The notes under the pieces were generated by a model. That model was not told the origin of the DNA and ran no database searches. It saw only the letters and a program-made list of their open reading frames with translations. 64,000 nucleotides of DNA, from contig SVSX01000004.1 in assembly GCA_015064085.1 (NCBI GenBank), positions 1,528-65,527 of the forward strand, written 5' to 3'. The DNA comes from Oscillospiraceae bacterium. Lineage in GTDB: Bacteria; Bacillota; Clostridia; Oscillospirales; CAG-272. Shown in pieces: positions 37,359 to 46,934 of this stretch. Each line of letters opens with the position of its first letter. Position 1 is the first letter of the stretch. A program made the position numbers and the translations under genes.

Positions 37359-38807
37359 TCAGTGTTTTTTAACCAAACCTTTTATCATTGAAATAAGATA
37401 GTAAAAGCTTTCTATTCTCATTACTATACAGAGAAGTATGTAAATAATACCTCCGCAAAGTATCTGTACGCAAAGCAAAGCAATTAAATTGATCGGCAAA
37501 AGCCCAACAAAATACACAATCACGCCCATGATAAATGAAGCAAGTATTGTTTTCCAGTTATCTTTTACCTGTTTTCTGAAATCATAGTCAAGTAATTTTT
37601 TCAGAGGAATAGCTGCTACAAACGCGTCTATCCAAGAGCTTATTGCATAGCTTATAGCAATCGCCATAACCGAATCAAATACAAATACTGCGGTAAGTAA
37701 TATTGCGAGCATTATAATTCTTCGCACGATTTCAAGCTTCATATAAATATCGCTTCTTCCAAGAGATTTGATAGCAATAAGGCTTGATGAAGTAAATGGA
37801 AGAGCGCAGCTTGCAAGGCAAATAATCTGCATATAAATAACACACGGAAGCCATTTTTCTGTCAGAAGTAGCAAGATAAACGGTTTTGCTACAGCCATTA
37901 AACCAATCAGTATCGGCATCATTATAAACGTACCGAAAGAGATAGATCTTTTGAACATAGATCGCATCTGCTGCGTATCGGATTGATTTCTTGACATAGT
38001 GGGAAACATAACCGATTGTATCACGCCGTCACATGTGTGGAATATAACATCCGGATACTGCTGACCACGGTTGTAATATCCGAGCTCATCGACCGAATAT
38101 CTTTTACCGATAATCAAAGAACGTATGTCGTTATATAATGAACAAAGTATCCCCGAAATAAGCATCTTCCATCCGAATGAAAAGAGCTGCTTAGCCCGAT
38201 CAAATGAAAATGTCAGATGCGGAAACCATTTAGCCGCAGGAAGCATAGTTATGCAAGAGAATACTATATTAGAGCAACCGTAAAAAACAAGTGCCCAGAT
38301 TCCATAGCCCTTATATGCCATAGCAACCCCAAGCGCACCCGAAAACAGAGTTGCTAACAAGCTCGCATACATCATAGATTTAAATCGCATCTCTCGCTGT
38401 ATCTTAGCCACCTGTATAGAATTAAACGCACCAAAGAGCAAAGAAAATGAATAAACACGTATTGGCCAAACAAGCAAGGGGAGATCATAATAAGCGGCGA
38501 TCAACGGAGCTGATACATACATAATACCAATAATTCCAAGTGATAATGCACCGGTTATATAAAAGACTGTAGAATAGTCCCTTTCGTCGACTTCTTTTTT
38601 CTGAACAAGTGCGCTGTTAAATCCATTTTGAATAATGGTATTGGCGAGATTTATAAATACGGTTATTATTGCAACCTGCCCAAATTCCTCGGGAACAAGA
38701 AGACGCGCAAGTATGATTCCTATAACAAGTCCCGCACTCTTTACCGCAAGTCGCTCTATGAATTTGTATATCAAGGAAAAGATAACTTTTTTCTTATCGA
38801 CTTCCAT
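37359..38807 (-). CDS. wzx: Wzx-type oligosaccharide flippase (MOP superfamily)
   Basis: 482 aa, about 12-14 TM. N-terminus GLVIGIILARLLVPEEFGQVAIITVFINL...ALVQKK is typical of polysaccharide flippases. Confidence 0.8.
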   Translation of the reverse strand: MEVDKKKVIFSLIYKFIERLAVKSAGLVIGIILARLLVPEEFGQVAIITVFINLANTIIQNGFNSALVQKKEVDERDYSTVFYITGALSLGIIGIMYVSAPLIAAYYDLPLLVWPIRVYSFSLLFGAFNSIQVAKIQREMRFKSMMYASLLATLFSGALGVAMAYKGYGIWALVFYGCSNIVFSCITMLPAAKWFPHLTFSFDRAKQLFSFGWKMLISGILCSLYNDIRSLIIGKRYSVDELGYYNRGQQYPDVIFHTCDGVIQSVMFPTMSRNQSDTQQMRSMFKRSISFGTFIMMPILIGLMAVAKPFILLLLTEKWLPCVIYMQIICLASCALPFTSSSLIAIKSLGRSDIYMKLEIVRRIIMLAILLTAVFVFDSVMAIAISYAISSWIDAFVAAIPLKKLLDYDFRKQVKDNWKTILASFIMGVIVYFVGLLPINLIALLCVQILCGGIIYILLCIVMRIESFYYLISMIKGLVKKH

Positions 38808-38808
38808 A

Positions 38809-39792
38809 TTATACCTGCAATTCTATCCAATCGCCCAACGTTCTATCCCATTCTTCGGGAATAAAGAAATTAAAAAGTCCACTTCCATGAAAGAATGTCA
38901 TTTCTCCAACTTTTATCGTTCCGTCACTCAATCTGTATAAATCGACTCTAACATGGGGTATATTTTTTGATAGTTTTTCTGCAACATCAACCATTTCAGA
39001 TAAGTTTTCCGGTAAAATTACCGGAATTGGATAATTTTCTCTCGTCTCTCTAAACGGCATAATATTGCCACTTCTGTCATATATATTTCTAAAATATTGT
39101 TCTGCGTGACCTTCGCTATTCCCAATTACGCCAATGTCTAGGAAGAGGGCTTTCACCTCACCCCCAAAACACATAAATTTATAGTCTAGCAGTCCCTGCT
39201 GTCTTTGCAAATCTCTATAAGTAATTTCGCCACCCGACGTTTCTTGCAAAATTTCACTATTGTCCTCTATATATTCTTCCGCAATAATTCTCGGCTTTAC
39301 GTTTTTATAGGGCCATTCGCGCCAAACCCAAAAATATTTTCTTTTCATTGCAGACTTCAGTTTCTTTTTGACCGCAACAAGATCAAGCGTGGATTTGTCA
39401 CGACATATCACAAGACCTCCGCTGTCATGGGTACATTTAAGCACGAATTTATTCGGAAGCTTATCAAAATCGATATCATTAACCCTATCCCACACACCAA
39501 GAGTTGGAACTATGTATTCTTCGCCTATAATATCGGCAACATATTTCTTAGCCTCATACTTGTCAACCATTTTGGTATATTCCGGTTTGCGGTTGTAAAG
39601 CTTAAGCCATTGAAGCTTTTCATTGAATGTTTTGGGGTCATCAAGATCAAGTTCTTTACCGAAGCTATATTTATATGCACATTTTAAAAAGAACTTATCA
39701 GAAAATAGGTGTGAAAATCCATGCTCATTTAATCTTACTACGAGCTTTGAAGGATTTTTTATCAACTTGATTGCCTTAAAAAACTTATTCAT
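38809..39792 (-). CDS. TupA-like ATP-grasp family protein
   Basis: FNEKLQWLKLYNRKPEYTKMVDKYEAKKYV, LKCTHDSGG, YKFMCFGGE. This matches the ATP-grasp_TupA pattern from memory. Confidence 0.7.
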   Translation of the reverse strand: MNKFFKAIKLIKNPSKLVVRLNEHGFSHLFSDKFFLKCAYKYSFGKELDLDDPKTFNEKLQWLKLYNRKPEYTKMVDKYEAKKYVADIIGEEYIVPTLGVWDRVNDIDFDKLPNKFVLKCTHDSGGLVICRDKSTLDLVAVKKKLKSAMKRKYFWVWREWPYKNVKPRIIAEEYIEDNSEILQETSGGEITYRDLQRQQGLLDYKFMCFGGEVKALFLDIGVIGNSEGHAEQYFRNIYDRSGNIMPFRETRENYPIPVILPENLSEMVDVAEKLSKNIPHVRVDLYRLSDGTIKVGEMTFFHGSGLFNFFIPEEWDRTLGDWIELQV

Positions 39793-41131
39793 TATTTTGC
39801 CTTTCTTTAAAATTATAAATCAAACTAACATACGCAAATGACAGTGAGAGCAAACTTATACCAGAAGAAATGAGCTGGCCCGCCTGTACAAACACTAAAA
39901 TAAGTAAAAGAGGCATATAATTAGCCAAGCATCTCCTAAATCCCAGGGCTTTATGTCTAAACATTTCAACAATAAACCAAGCAAAGAGCATAAGTCCGGG
40001 TATTCCCCAACAAACAACAACTTCCTCTGTTCCGTTATGACATACGTCCATCGCAGTCTTATAAATATTATTAACCTTTACGCCATAATCCTGCAAGCCA
40101 ACTCCAAAGAAGGAATGCTTAAAGCTTGATGCTATATGTTCGCCGTAAAAACCCAGCAAATCTGCACGTCCGTTGGTAATATCGGCAACCTTGAAACGAT
40201 CAACGAACCTCTCAAAAACGTCCGGCATTATCTGGTAAACCAAAATTATCAGTAAAGCAACAAGAAGAATTATTCCAAAAATTCGTTTCACCTTTGCTAC
40301 CGCTGTAGACGTGCCCGAAACAGCAAACATAACAAATATCAAGGCAAAGCACACCAAAAATGTTCTTGACATCGTCATAACACCAAAAAGTGTCAACGCA
40401 ATTATCAGTAGATAGTCGAATATATTGTGTTTTTTTATCGAAACAAGCTGCAGCAGTCCCAAAATGGAAAGGTTTGCAATTTCTCCAAGTCCATTCGCGT
40501 TATAGTTTACACCATAGTTTTTAGTATCCGCATCCCCTACGCCGAAGCGATACGTTCCAAAAAAGATCTCTTCAAAATTGTAGTTTGTCTCTTTAAGCAG
40601 ATTAAGCAAAACTATCGACATCATACAAACCGATGTTATTGCAAGAAGGCGGCATATCATAGGATAATTTATCTTTTTATGTGCCTGTGGCAACACCATC
40701 ATCAAAAAAGCACAGAAAATCAGCTCCGCAAAATTTCTCAGAAATGTATATGCCGAAAAAGCATACTCAAATGCGTGAAGTAGCTCCCATACCATCATAA
40801 AAGCCAATGGGAACACCACAAAGCTGAATCTTATATCCTTCATAAATTTTAAAGCGTATAGCAAAATGCAAATAAATATCAAATATTTATATTGAAATGC
40901 CGCAGACATGGGAATACAGCATATTATGAGCGCAATGATCTCATTACGATCACCTATCAGAGCAATAAACGCTCCTATTGCAAGAATTATCAATACAGGA
41001 ATCGGGAGATCAAAAACATTTCTTGCGAAAATCGCCAGAACCATCACTGCCATTCCAATGTAAAACGGAACGTGTGAACGTTCTTTTGCTCCCCTATTCT
41101 GTTGCCGTGTATTTATAAGTGTGTTAGTCAT
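39785..41131 (-). CDS. O-antigen polymerase/ligase-like (Wzy) membrane protein
   Basis: 448 aa polytopic membrane protein inside a glycan operon. It overlaps both neighbours by 8 nt. Confidence 0.7.
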   Translation of the reverse strand: MTNTLINTRQQNRGAKERSHVPFYIGMAVMVLAIFARNVFDLPIPVLIILAIGAFIALIGDRNEIIALIICCIPMSAAFQYKYLIFICILLYALKFMKDIRFSFVVFPLAFMMVWELLHAFEYAFSAYTFLRNFAELIFCAFLMMVLPQAHKKINYPMICRLLAITSVCMMSIVLLNLLKETNYNFEEIFFGTYRFGVGDADTKNYGVNYNANGLGEIANLSILGLLQLVSIKKHNIFDYLLIIALTLFGVMTMSRTFLVCFALIFVMFAVSGTSTAVAKVKRIFGIILLVALLIILVYQIMPDVFERFVDRFKVADITNGRADLLGFYGEHIASSFKHSFFGVGLQDYGVKVNNIYKTAMDVCHNGTEEVVVCWGIPGLMLFAWFIVEMFRHKALGFRRCLANYMPLLLILVFVQAGQLISSGISLLSLSFAYVSLIYNFKERQNNE

Positions 41132-42224
41132 CTTTTTTTGTATTTACTACCTTTTCGATAAATTCTGCGTACTCTTTCGCCTTCACGTCGATCGAGTGAG
41201 TACGCAATATAGCTCTTGCATTTTTTCCGCAATTCTCTGCGAACGCGGGATCTTCTATGTAACGCAGCATCGCACCCTCAAGTGCCGCCACATCACCAAC
41301 GGGAACAAGAAGCCCGTTGACCTCGTTTTCAATCAATTCCGCAGGACCGTTCGGACAATCTGTAGAGATACAAGGCAATCCTGCCGCCATAGCCTCCATA
41401 AGCGCGTTCGGCATACCTTCGAACTTAGAGCTCATAACGTAACAGGTTGAGTCAGATGCTTGTACGATCGCATCACGGCAAACCCCTTTAAAGATTATTT
41501 TACCGTCCAAGCCCAAATTTCTTGCCTCATTTTTCAGATATTCGGCATATTCACCGTTATCGTTTCCAAATATTTCGAGCACATAATCAGGATAATGTTT
41601 TATAACACTTGCAAAAGCTTTAAAAAGCGTTATATAATCCTTTTGTTCGGCAAGTCTCCCAACCGCACTGATTTTTTTCTTACGTTCGGAAACCTCAGGG
41701 AGGTCATATACCATTTCATTGCCGACAGCATTGTGAATGACACGACCTTTTGATCCAATTTCGTTTGAATAAAAGCTCTTTGCTCTTTCGGTTTGAAAGA
41801 CTATACCGTCACACGCTCTAAACAACTTCTGCTTAAATTCTTGTATATCCGATCTTTCAAACATTGGATTATTTCGTTCTGAGGTTATTAATTTATATTT
41901 TGACCTTTGATATCTTTTAAAAATGTATTTAGAGGTTTCGGGGAGCATACAAAACACTACATCGGGCTCGTTTTCTTTAAGATATTTATTGGTTTTGTAG
42001 TATCTGTTAAACGCGTGAATGTACCTCTGAACTCTGTTTTTTGCCCCTCTGGGAACAGATAATGTAACAAGTTCAACCTTTGGGTCAATAGAATAAAAAA
42101 TATCGTCCGATATAGAAAGCAGAGTCACATTCCAGCCGTTGTTCGCTAAATATGATGAAAGATAGCTTACAGTTCGCTCAGCACCACCGCTGAGCAAATT
42201 GGAAACCAAAAAAGTTATATGCAT
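41124..42224 (-). CDS. glycosyltransferase family 4 (GT-B)
   Basis: MHITFLVSNLLSGGAERTV and a C-terminal E-x7-E type region SSKFEGMPNALMEAMAAGLP. Confidence 0.88.
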   Translation of the reverse strand: MHITFLVSNLLSGGAERTVSYLSSYLANNGWNVTLLSISDDIFYSIDPKVELVTLSVPRGAKNRVQRYIHAFNRYYKTNKYLKENEPDVVFCMLPETSKYIFKRYQRSKYKLITSERNNPMFERSDIQEFKQKLFRACDGIVFQTERAKSFYSNEIGSKGRVIHNAVGNEMVYDLPEVSERKKKISAVGRLAEQKDYITLFKAFASVIKHYPDYVLEIFGNDNGEYAEYLKNEARNLGLDGKIIFKGVCRDAIVQASDSTCYVMSSKFEGMPNALMEAMAAGLPCISTDCPNGPAELIENEVNGLLVPVGDVAALEGAMLRYIEDPAFAENCGKNARAILRTHSIDVKAKEYAEFIEKVVNTKKDD

Positions 42225-42349
42225 AAAATCCCTCTTCGTATTATTTTCTTATTCCTTTAATTAAGCGGATAATAACAGATGCAATCTGGGCAAATGGATA
42301 CAATAGAGCTAAAATTTTTTTAAATCTTTTACTTACAAAATATAAAAAA

Positions 42350-43474
42350 TTATTCTTCAATCAAAGAAATTATTTTTTCTTTATATACATCATTGTTAAA
42401 TTGATTTGCTCGACCTATACTCAAATTACGATATATTTGCATTTTTTCGGTATCATTCAACAAAGAAAGGATAGCTTGCGCTAAATAATGTATTATAAGA
42501 TCTTCTGATGAAGATTCCTCTACTAACACTCCGTATTTTTCCTCAACAATACCAACAGTTCGTGAGGAAGTATAGTGTTCCGAAAGGATTTCCCTTGGAC
42601 CGGACTGACAATCTAATGCTATTATAGGCAACTCGCAACAAAGTGCCTCAATTAAGGCATTCGGAAAGCCTTCATTTCTTGATGATAGCACATATATATC
42701 AGACTGCTTTAAAAATTTGTGTGGATTACTTTGATATCCCATAAAATGTACAGAATCCTGTACGCCTTCACTTATCGATAAATCTTGTAATTTTTCAAAT
42801 AAACTTCCCTGTCCTATGATCATCAGGTTTATATCTGTTCGTTCTTTATGAGCAATCGCAAATGCCTTTATAAGTCTATCAAACCCCTTCACTTCTTCCA
42901 ATCGTCCCATTGAAACAATTAACGGATGCAAAACATTCACTTCAACAGTTTCCTTCAAATTTTCGCAAATATTATTTACATCATAACCATTTTCAATAAC
43001 AATTGTATTTTTTGATGTTGGAAAAAGCGATAACAACTTTTCCTGCATTGATTTTGAAATGCAAATTACTCGATTTGAAAGGCGCATTATAATTCTCATT
43101 ATAAGATCCTTTTTCACCTCTGCAAATCCATGAACAGCTGAAATGCTTTTCCCAGGAGAAAAAATGCCGGAAATAACATTCGTAATATTAGCTGTTTTTC
43201 CAAACGAGATAACGGCATAAGCCCTGTTCTTTTTTCTGATTTTTATAATGCCAGATATACGTCTGCATTGATTTAAAATTTTTTTAAAAACACCGTTTCG
43301 GGTTGGTATTTCCAAATTTATAACTTCACACGGATATTCATACTCAACCTTTTTTTTCTGAAAAATAATCATTTTTACATTATATTTTTCTTCCAAACAG
43401 CGCACCGTATTTATAGCTATTTTTTCTTGTCCACCTATACCAAGCGAAGGAACTAAAAGTAGTACTGTCTTCAT
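42350..43474 (-). CDS. glycosyltransferase family 4 (GT-B)
   Basis: LLLVPSLGIGGQEKI, SSRNEGFPNALIEALCCELP. Start at MKTVLL (43474), forming an ATGA overlap with the upstream GT. Confidence 0.85.
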   Translation of the reverse strand: MKTVLLLVPSLGIGGQEKIAINTVRCLEEKYNVKMIIFQKKKVEYEYPCEVINLEIPTRNGVFKKILNQCRRISGIIKIRKKNRAYAVISFGKTANITNVISGIFSPGKSISAVHGFAEVKKDLIMRIIMRLSNRVICISKSMQEKLLSLFPTSKNTIVIENGYDVNNICENLKETVEVNVLHPLIVSMGRLEEVKGFDRLIKAFAIAHKERTDINLMIIGQGSLFEKLQDLSISEGVQDSVHFMGYQSNPHKFLKQSDIYVLSSRNEGFPNALIEALCCELPIIALDCQSGPREILSEHYTSSRTVGIVEEKYGVLVEESSSEDLIIHYLAQAILSLLNDTEKMQIYRNLSIGRANQFNNDVYKEKIISLIEE

Positions 43475-44607
43475 CGTTCTTCCTCTATCATCATACAATA
43501 AAAATCATCAAGCAATTTTGCCGATTCAATTATATCAAATCCTGCATTTCTGATGTCCTTTATTACATCTTTCTTGTTTAAATTCGGCTTAAGTATTTCA
43601 TCCACCCACAAATTTATTCCTTTGTTTATTGGCAGATATTTTACAAGAACTGACGTGTTAACATCTCTCGTTACGGTATCGGAAACGAGGCACGTTAAGC
43701 CCGCGGCTTGAGCCTCTACAACCGTAACCGGAAGTCCTTCCCATTTGGACGGAAACACAAACACATCCATAGCCTGCATAAGCTGTGGAACATCGTTTCT
43801 ATTCCCTGTCAAAACAACATATTCATCCAAATCAAGTGAACGAATTTTTTCTTCTATTTGACCGCGAAGATCTCCATCACCGACAAGCAAAAGAACCGCA
43901 TCGGTTCTTTTCTTACGAACCTCGGCGAAAACATCAAGTAAAAACATATGGTTTTTCGCTTCATGAAATCTTCCAACGTGACCAATAACGAACTTATTTT
44001 CCAGTCCTAACTGTTTTCTATATTCTTCAGATATTTCTTTTCTATATCTGTACTTTTCGACATCTATAGCATTAGGCAAGAAGAAATAATTATCCTTAAG
44101 ACAAGCTTTCTTTCCATAAAGCCATTGTCCCGCTTCATTAGAGCATGCCATTAAATAATCAGCCTGGTATCGTAAAGGAAATTGCAAAATCCGCTTTGAA
44201 ATTGCTGCTACTCCTTTACCATTTGAGGTACTGTGACTGTGTATAATAGTTTTTACCCCATATTTTTTTGCGATTGGTATGTAAACAGATGCGTAGCTTC
44301 TGACATGAGAATGAAGTATTTTATATTCTGGGTGTTCAGAAAAAAATTTTTTCCAGGCTTTTTTTATTTGAAAATAGTTTTTTCCGGTAAACCTTGGCAT
44401 TTTATAAATTCTTGCGCCGAGAGAGCGAACGACCTCAGCCAACGCCATACGATCAGGATGATCAACTATAAAATCAAACTGAATTTTTGTTCTATCTATT
44501 GCCTTGTAATAATTGATAACCAAAGCTTGAGATCCGCCCACCTCGAAGCTTCCAATCATATGTAAAATACGAACAGGTTCACTTGTATAAATATCATTTT
44601 CAATCAT
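43471..44607 (-). CDS. glycosyltransferase family 4 (GT-B)
   Basis: RILHMIGSFEVGGSQALV, PSKWEGLPVTVVEAQAAGL. GAGG RBS. Confidence 0.88.
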   Translation of the reverse strand: MIENDIYTSEPVRILHMIGSFEVGGSQALVINYYKAIDRTKIQFDFIVDHPDRMALAEVVRSLGARIYKMPRFTGKNYFQIKKAWKKFFSEHPEYKILHSHVRSYASVYIPIAKKYGVKTIIHSHSTSNGKGVAAISKRILQFPLRYQADYLMACSNEAGQWLYGKKACLKDNYFFLPNAIDVEKYRYRKEISEEYRKQLGLENKFVIGHVGRFHEAKNHMFLLDVFAEVRKKRTDAVLLLVGDGDLRGQIEEKIRSLDLDEYVVLTGNRNDVPQLMQAMDVFVFPSKWEGLPVTVVEAQAAGLTCLVSDTVTRDVNTSVLVKYLPINKGINLWVDEILKPNLNKKDVIKDIRNAGFDIIESAKLLDDFYCMMIEEER

Positions 44608-44739
44608 TATTCAGCCTCACATGTTTTAAATAGTCATTCGTCAAAATCTGTACGGTTATACCATTCTCTTTTCTCAAGACTATACTCGGAGTAAAAAAAC
44701 AAGAAAACATACATATACGACTACCACATATACCATATA

Positions 44740-44768
44740 ATTATATCACACAAATTATTTTTCGTCAA
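44740..44768 (-). promoter_or_regulatory. sigma-A promoter of the glycan operon (long leader of about 130 nt)
   Basis: Minus strand reads TTGACG (44768..44763), a 17-nt spacer, then TATAAT (44745..44740). Confidence 0.5.
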
Positions 44769-44844
44769 TACATTTTGTTGAAATAAACAAAAAGTTAGGT
44801 TTTCTGTTACAAAAAATATTGTATTTTTACACACCGAAAAAGTT

Positions 44845-44871
44845 CCCCTCGGCGGATTTTCCGCCGAGGGG
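44845..44871 (-). terminator. intrinsic terminator after the 5'-nucleotidase gene; right boundary of the AT-rich island
   Basis: CCCCTCGGCGG-ATTTT-CCGCCGAGGGG. On the minus strand it is followed by AACTTTTT. Confidence 0.75.
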
Positions 44872-44920
44872 GATTGGTTTTGCTATCTGTTACTGCTGTC
44901 TTTTTTATATTTCGCTGTTT

Positions 44921-46894
44921 TCAGGCAGTCTTTCTCTTTTTTACAGCAAAATAATAGACGGCAAACGCTCCTGCGCCTATCACCACGACGCCTATGGGTA
45001 TCGCTATCCACGGCGAAACACTGTCATCGGGAACGGGATTTTCTACAGGTGCTATTGTTGTTGCAGCAGTTGTGCTGCTTTCGGTAGCTACTGTTGTTGA
45101 GGCAACGGCTCTTTTATTTAAAGTGATTCGTCCGCTGCCGTTCAGGCTATCATAATTTGTGTTAAAGCCCTCATACTTTGTCGCAAGCGGTGCTTTATCG
45201 CTCTTGACCTCACTATTTTCAAATGCCATAATATAATTTGCCAACACCATATAATCCTCCATTACGTAATCGAGGATATTGACCGCTCCCTCAAACATCG
45301 CAAAGCCGTCTCCAAGATCGCGAAGGGTATAATTATATCCCGCAAGATTATATTTTGCGTTAAGATCAAGCGCATCCCATTTCTTTGTTTCTTTGTTATA
45401 TATCTCGACGCTATGTACGCGATACTCTCCAGTAGGACCTCCTATCCAGACACCCTTGTCGTCCTTCCTTGTGGTATCCTCTATTGAGGTATCTATCTGA
45501 TATCTCATTCCCGAGACGTGCAAAAATCCACCGCTCTCGGCAGTTCCTATAAGCCTCGCGCCCCATTCAAGGGCATCAAGCAGCTGTCTTCCGCTTACCT
45601 CTTGCAAACAAGCAACATTTCCAAAGGTATGTATTTCCTTGCAGACCTTATAGGTGAGTGTTCCCGTCACCTCTTTATTTCGGATACCGCCTCCGTTCAT
45701 TACCGCAACATCGACGTCGAGTCCCATATCGTCAAAGAGATAATAGAGCGCATCAGCCGCAAAATCGCCCGTGTTTGTTTCCTGTGAGCGTACCAGACGG
45801 TTTCCGTCCTTATCATAATTATCAAATTTAATATCAGTAGTGCCGATAGTGACATTCAGAAGCTCGTCGACCTCTGCTATCCAGCTATCCTTGATTGACT
45901 TCACCGCACTGTCGGAAATAATCTCCGTACCGCTGTAAAGCTCAGAGATAAGCCTATATCCCTCAACGGTTTTACCGTCGGAGGCAAGGATCTCGTCCCA
46001 TTCTATAAAATCGGTGTCTATTGCTCCCGTGTCGGAATCTATTATCATTATACCGATGCGGTCGAAATACTGACCCGTCTGAGTAAGAACAACGTCGTGA
46101 CCTTCCTTGTCCTTTACGATATCATTTTCGACTATATTGTGTGAATGTCCGTCAATAAAAGCATCAAAGCCACAGACTCCCGCTATAGTCTCTATGCTTG
46201 TATAGGGCGAGGAGGAAAGATCGATCCCGAGGTGACCGAGACCAACGATCTGCGTTGCTCCTGCCGCCTTTGCGGCGTCAATTGCCTTTTGAACATCCTG
46301 GCGGAGAGTAGATCCGTCATTGCCTCCCGAAATTCCATAAATGTAATTTCCATGTTCGTCCTGAAAATACGCGGGGGTAGATTTTGTGAAGGTGTCGGGG
46401 GTCGTTATTCCCACAAAAGCGACCTTTTCCTCTCCGCACTCAAACATAACGTAGCTATCGAGCACGTTTTCGCCTCTTACGCCGTTAGATTCGTGATAAA
46501 AGTTTGCCGATACGTATGGAAAATCTGCAAGAGCGATAACGTTCATACAGCCACTCATTCCGTAATCAAACTCGTGATTTCCAAGTGTAGCCACGTCATA
46601 TCCCGCGGCGTTCATAAGCTCGATGATGGATTCGCCCTTGTCCATAGAGCCGTATGCCGTTCCCTGAATATGGTCTCCCGCATCGGCTAAAATCACGTGA
46701 TCATATTTTGTTTTAAGATCCTTCTTTATTGCCGAGATAACGTCATAGCTAAGCTTACCGTCAATATAGGTGTGTACGTCATTCGTATACAAGATGACTA
46801 TGTCGTCGGACAGCGCGTTACTTTCGGCGTTTATCGGGATAGCCACCGAAAGCAGGATAGCCATCGCCATAAAGACTGCAAATATTTTTTTCAT
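44921..46894 (-). CDS. surface-anchored bifunctional metallophosphatase/5'-nucleotidase
   Basis: Signal peptide MKKIFAVFMAMAILLS. Metallophosphatase motifs NDVHTY, DAGDHIQG, GNHEFD, GHSH. 5'-nucleotidase C-domain, a Thr/Ser-rich linker and a C-terminal TM anchor (IAIPIGVVVIGAGAFAVYYFAVKKRK). Start moved to the second Met (GGAG RBS). Confidence 0.88.
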   Translation of the reverse strand: MKKIFAVFMAMAILLSVAIPINAESNALSDDIVILYTNDVHTYIDGKLSYDVISAIKKDLKTKYDHVILADAGDHIQGTAYGSMDKGESIIELMNAAGYDVATLGNHEFDYGMSGCMNVIALADFPYVSANFYHESNGVRGENVLDSYVMFECGEEKVAFVGITTPDTFTKSTPAYFQDEHGNYIYGISGGNDGSTLRQDVQKAIDAAKAAGATQIVGLGHLGIDLSSSPYTSIETIAGVCGFDAFIDGHSHNIVENDIVKDKEGHDVVLTQTGQYFDRIGIMIIDSDTGAIDTDFIEWDEILASDGKTVEGYRLISELYSGTEIISDSAVKSIKDSWIAEVDELLNVTIGTTDIKFDNYDKDGNRLVRSQETNTGDFAADALYYLFDDMGLDVDVAVMNGGGIRNKEVTGTLTYKVCKEIHTFGNVACLQEVSGRQLLDALEWGARLIGTAESGGFLHVSGMRYQIDTSIEDTTRKDDKGVWIGGPTGEYRVHSVEIYNKETKKWDALDLNAKYNLAGYNYTLRDLGDGFAMFEGAVNILDYVMEDYMVLANYIMAFENSEVKSDKAPLATKYEGFNTNYDSLNGSGRITLNKRAVASTTVATESSTTAATTIAPVENPVPDDSVSPWIAIPIGVVVIGAGAFAVYYFAVKKRKTA

Positions 46895-46934
46895 TTTTTT
46901 CTCCATTTCGATATTGAAATTTACTCTTTTTTAA

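Noticed and set aside
42225-42349. 125-nt gap inside the glycan operon, checked for a small ORF, gene remnant or internal promoter
   Set aside because: - No start codon with an RBS opens a convincing ORF on the minus strand.
- There is only AT-rich sequence with the RBS (GAAGAGGGA) of the next GT gene.
- A decayed gene fragment cannot be shown without a database search.
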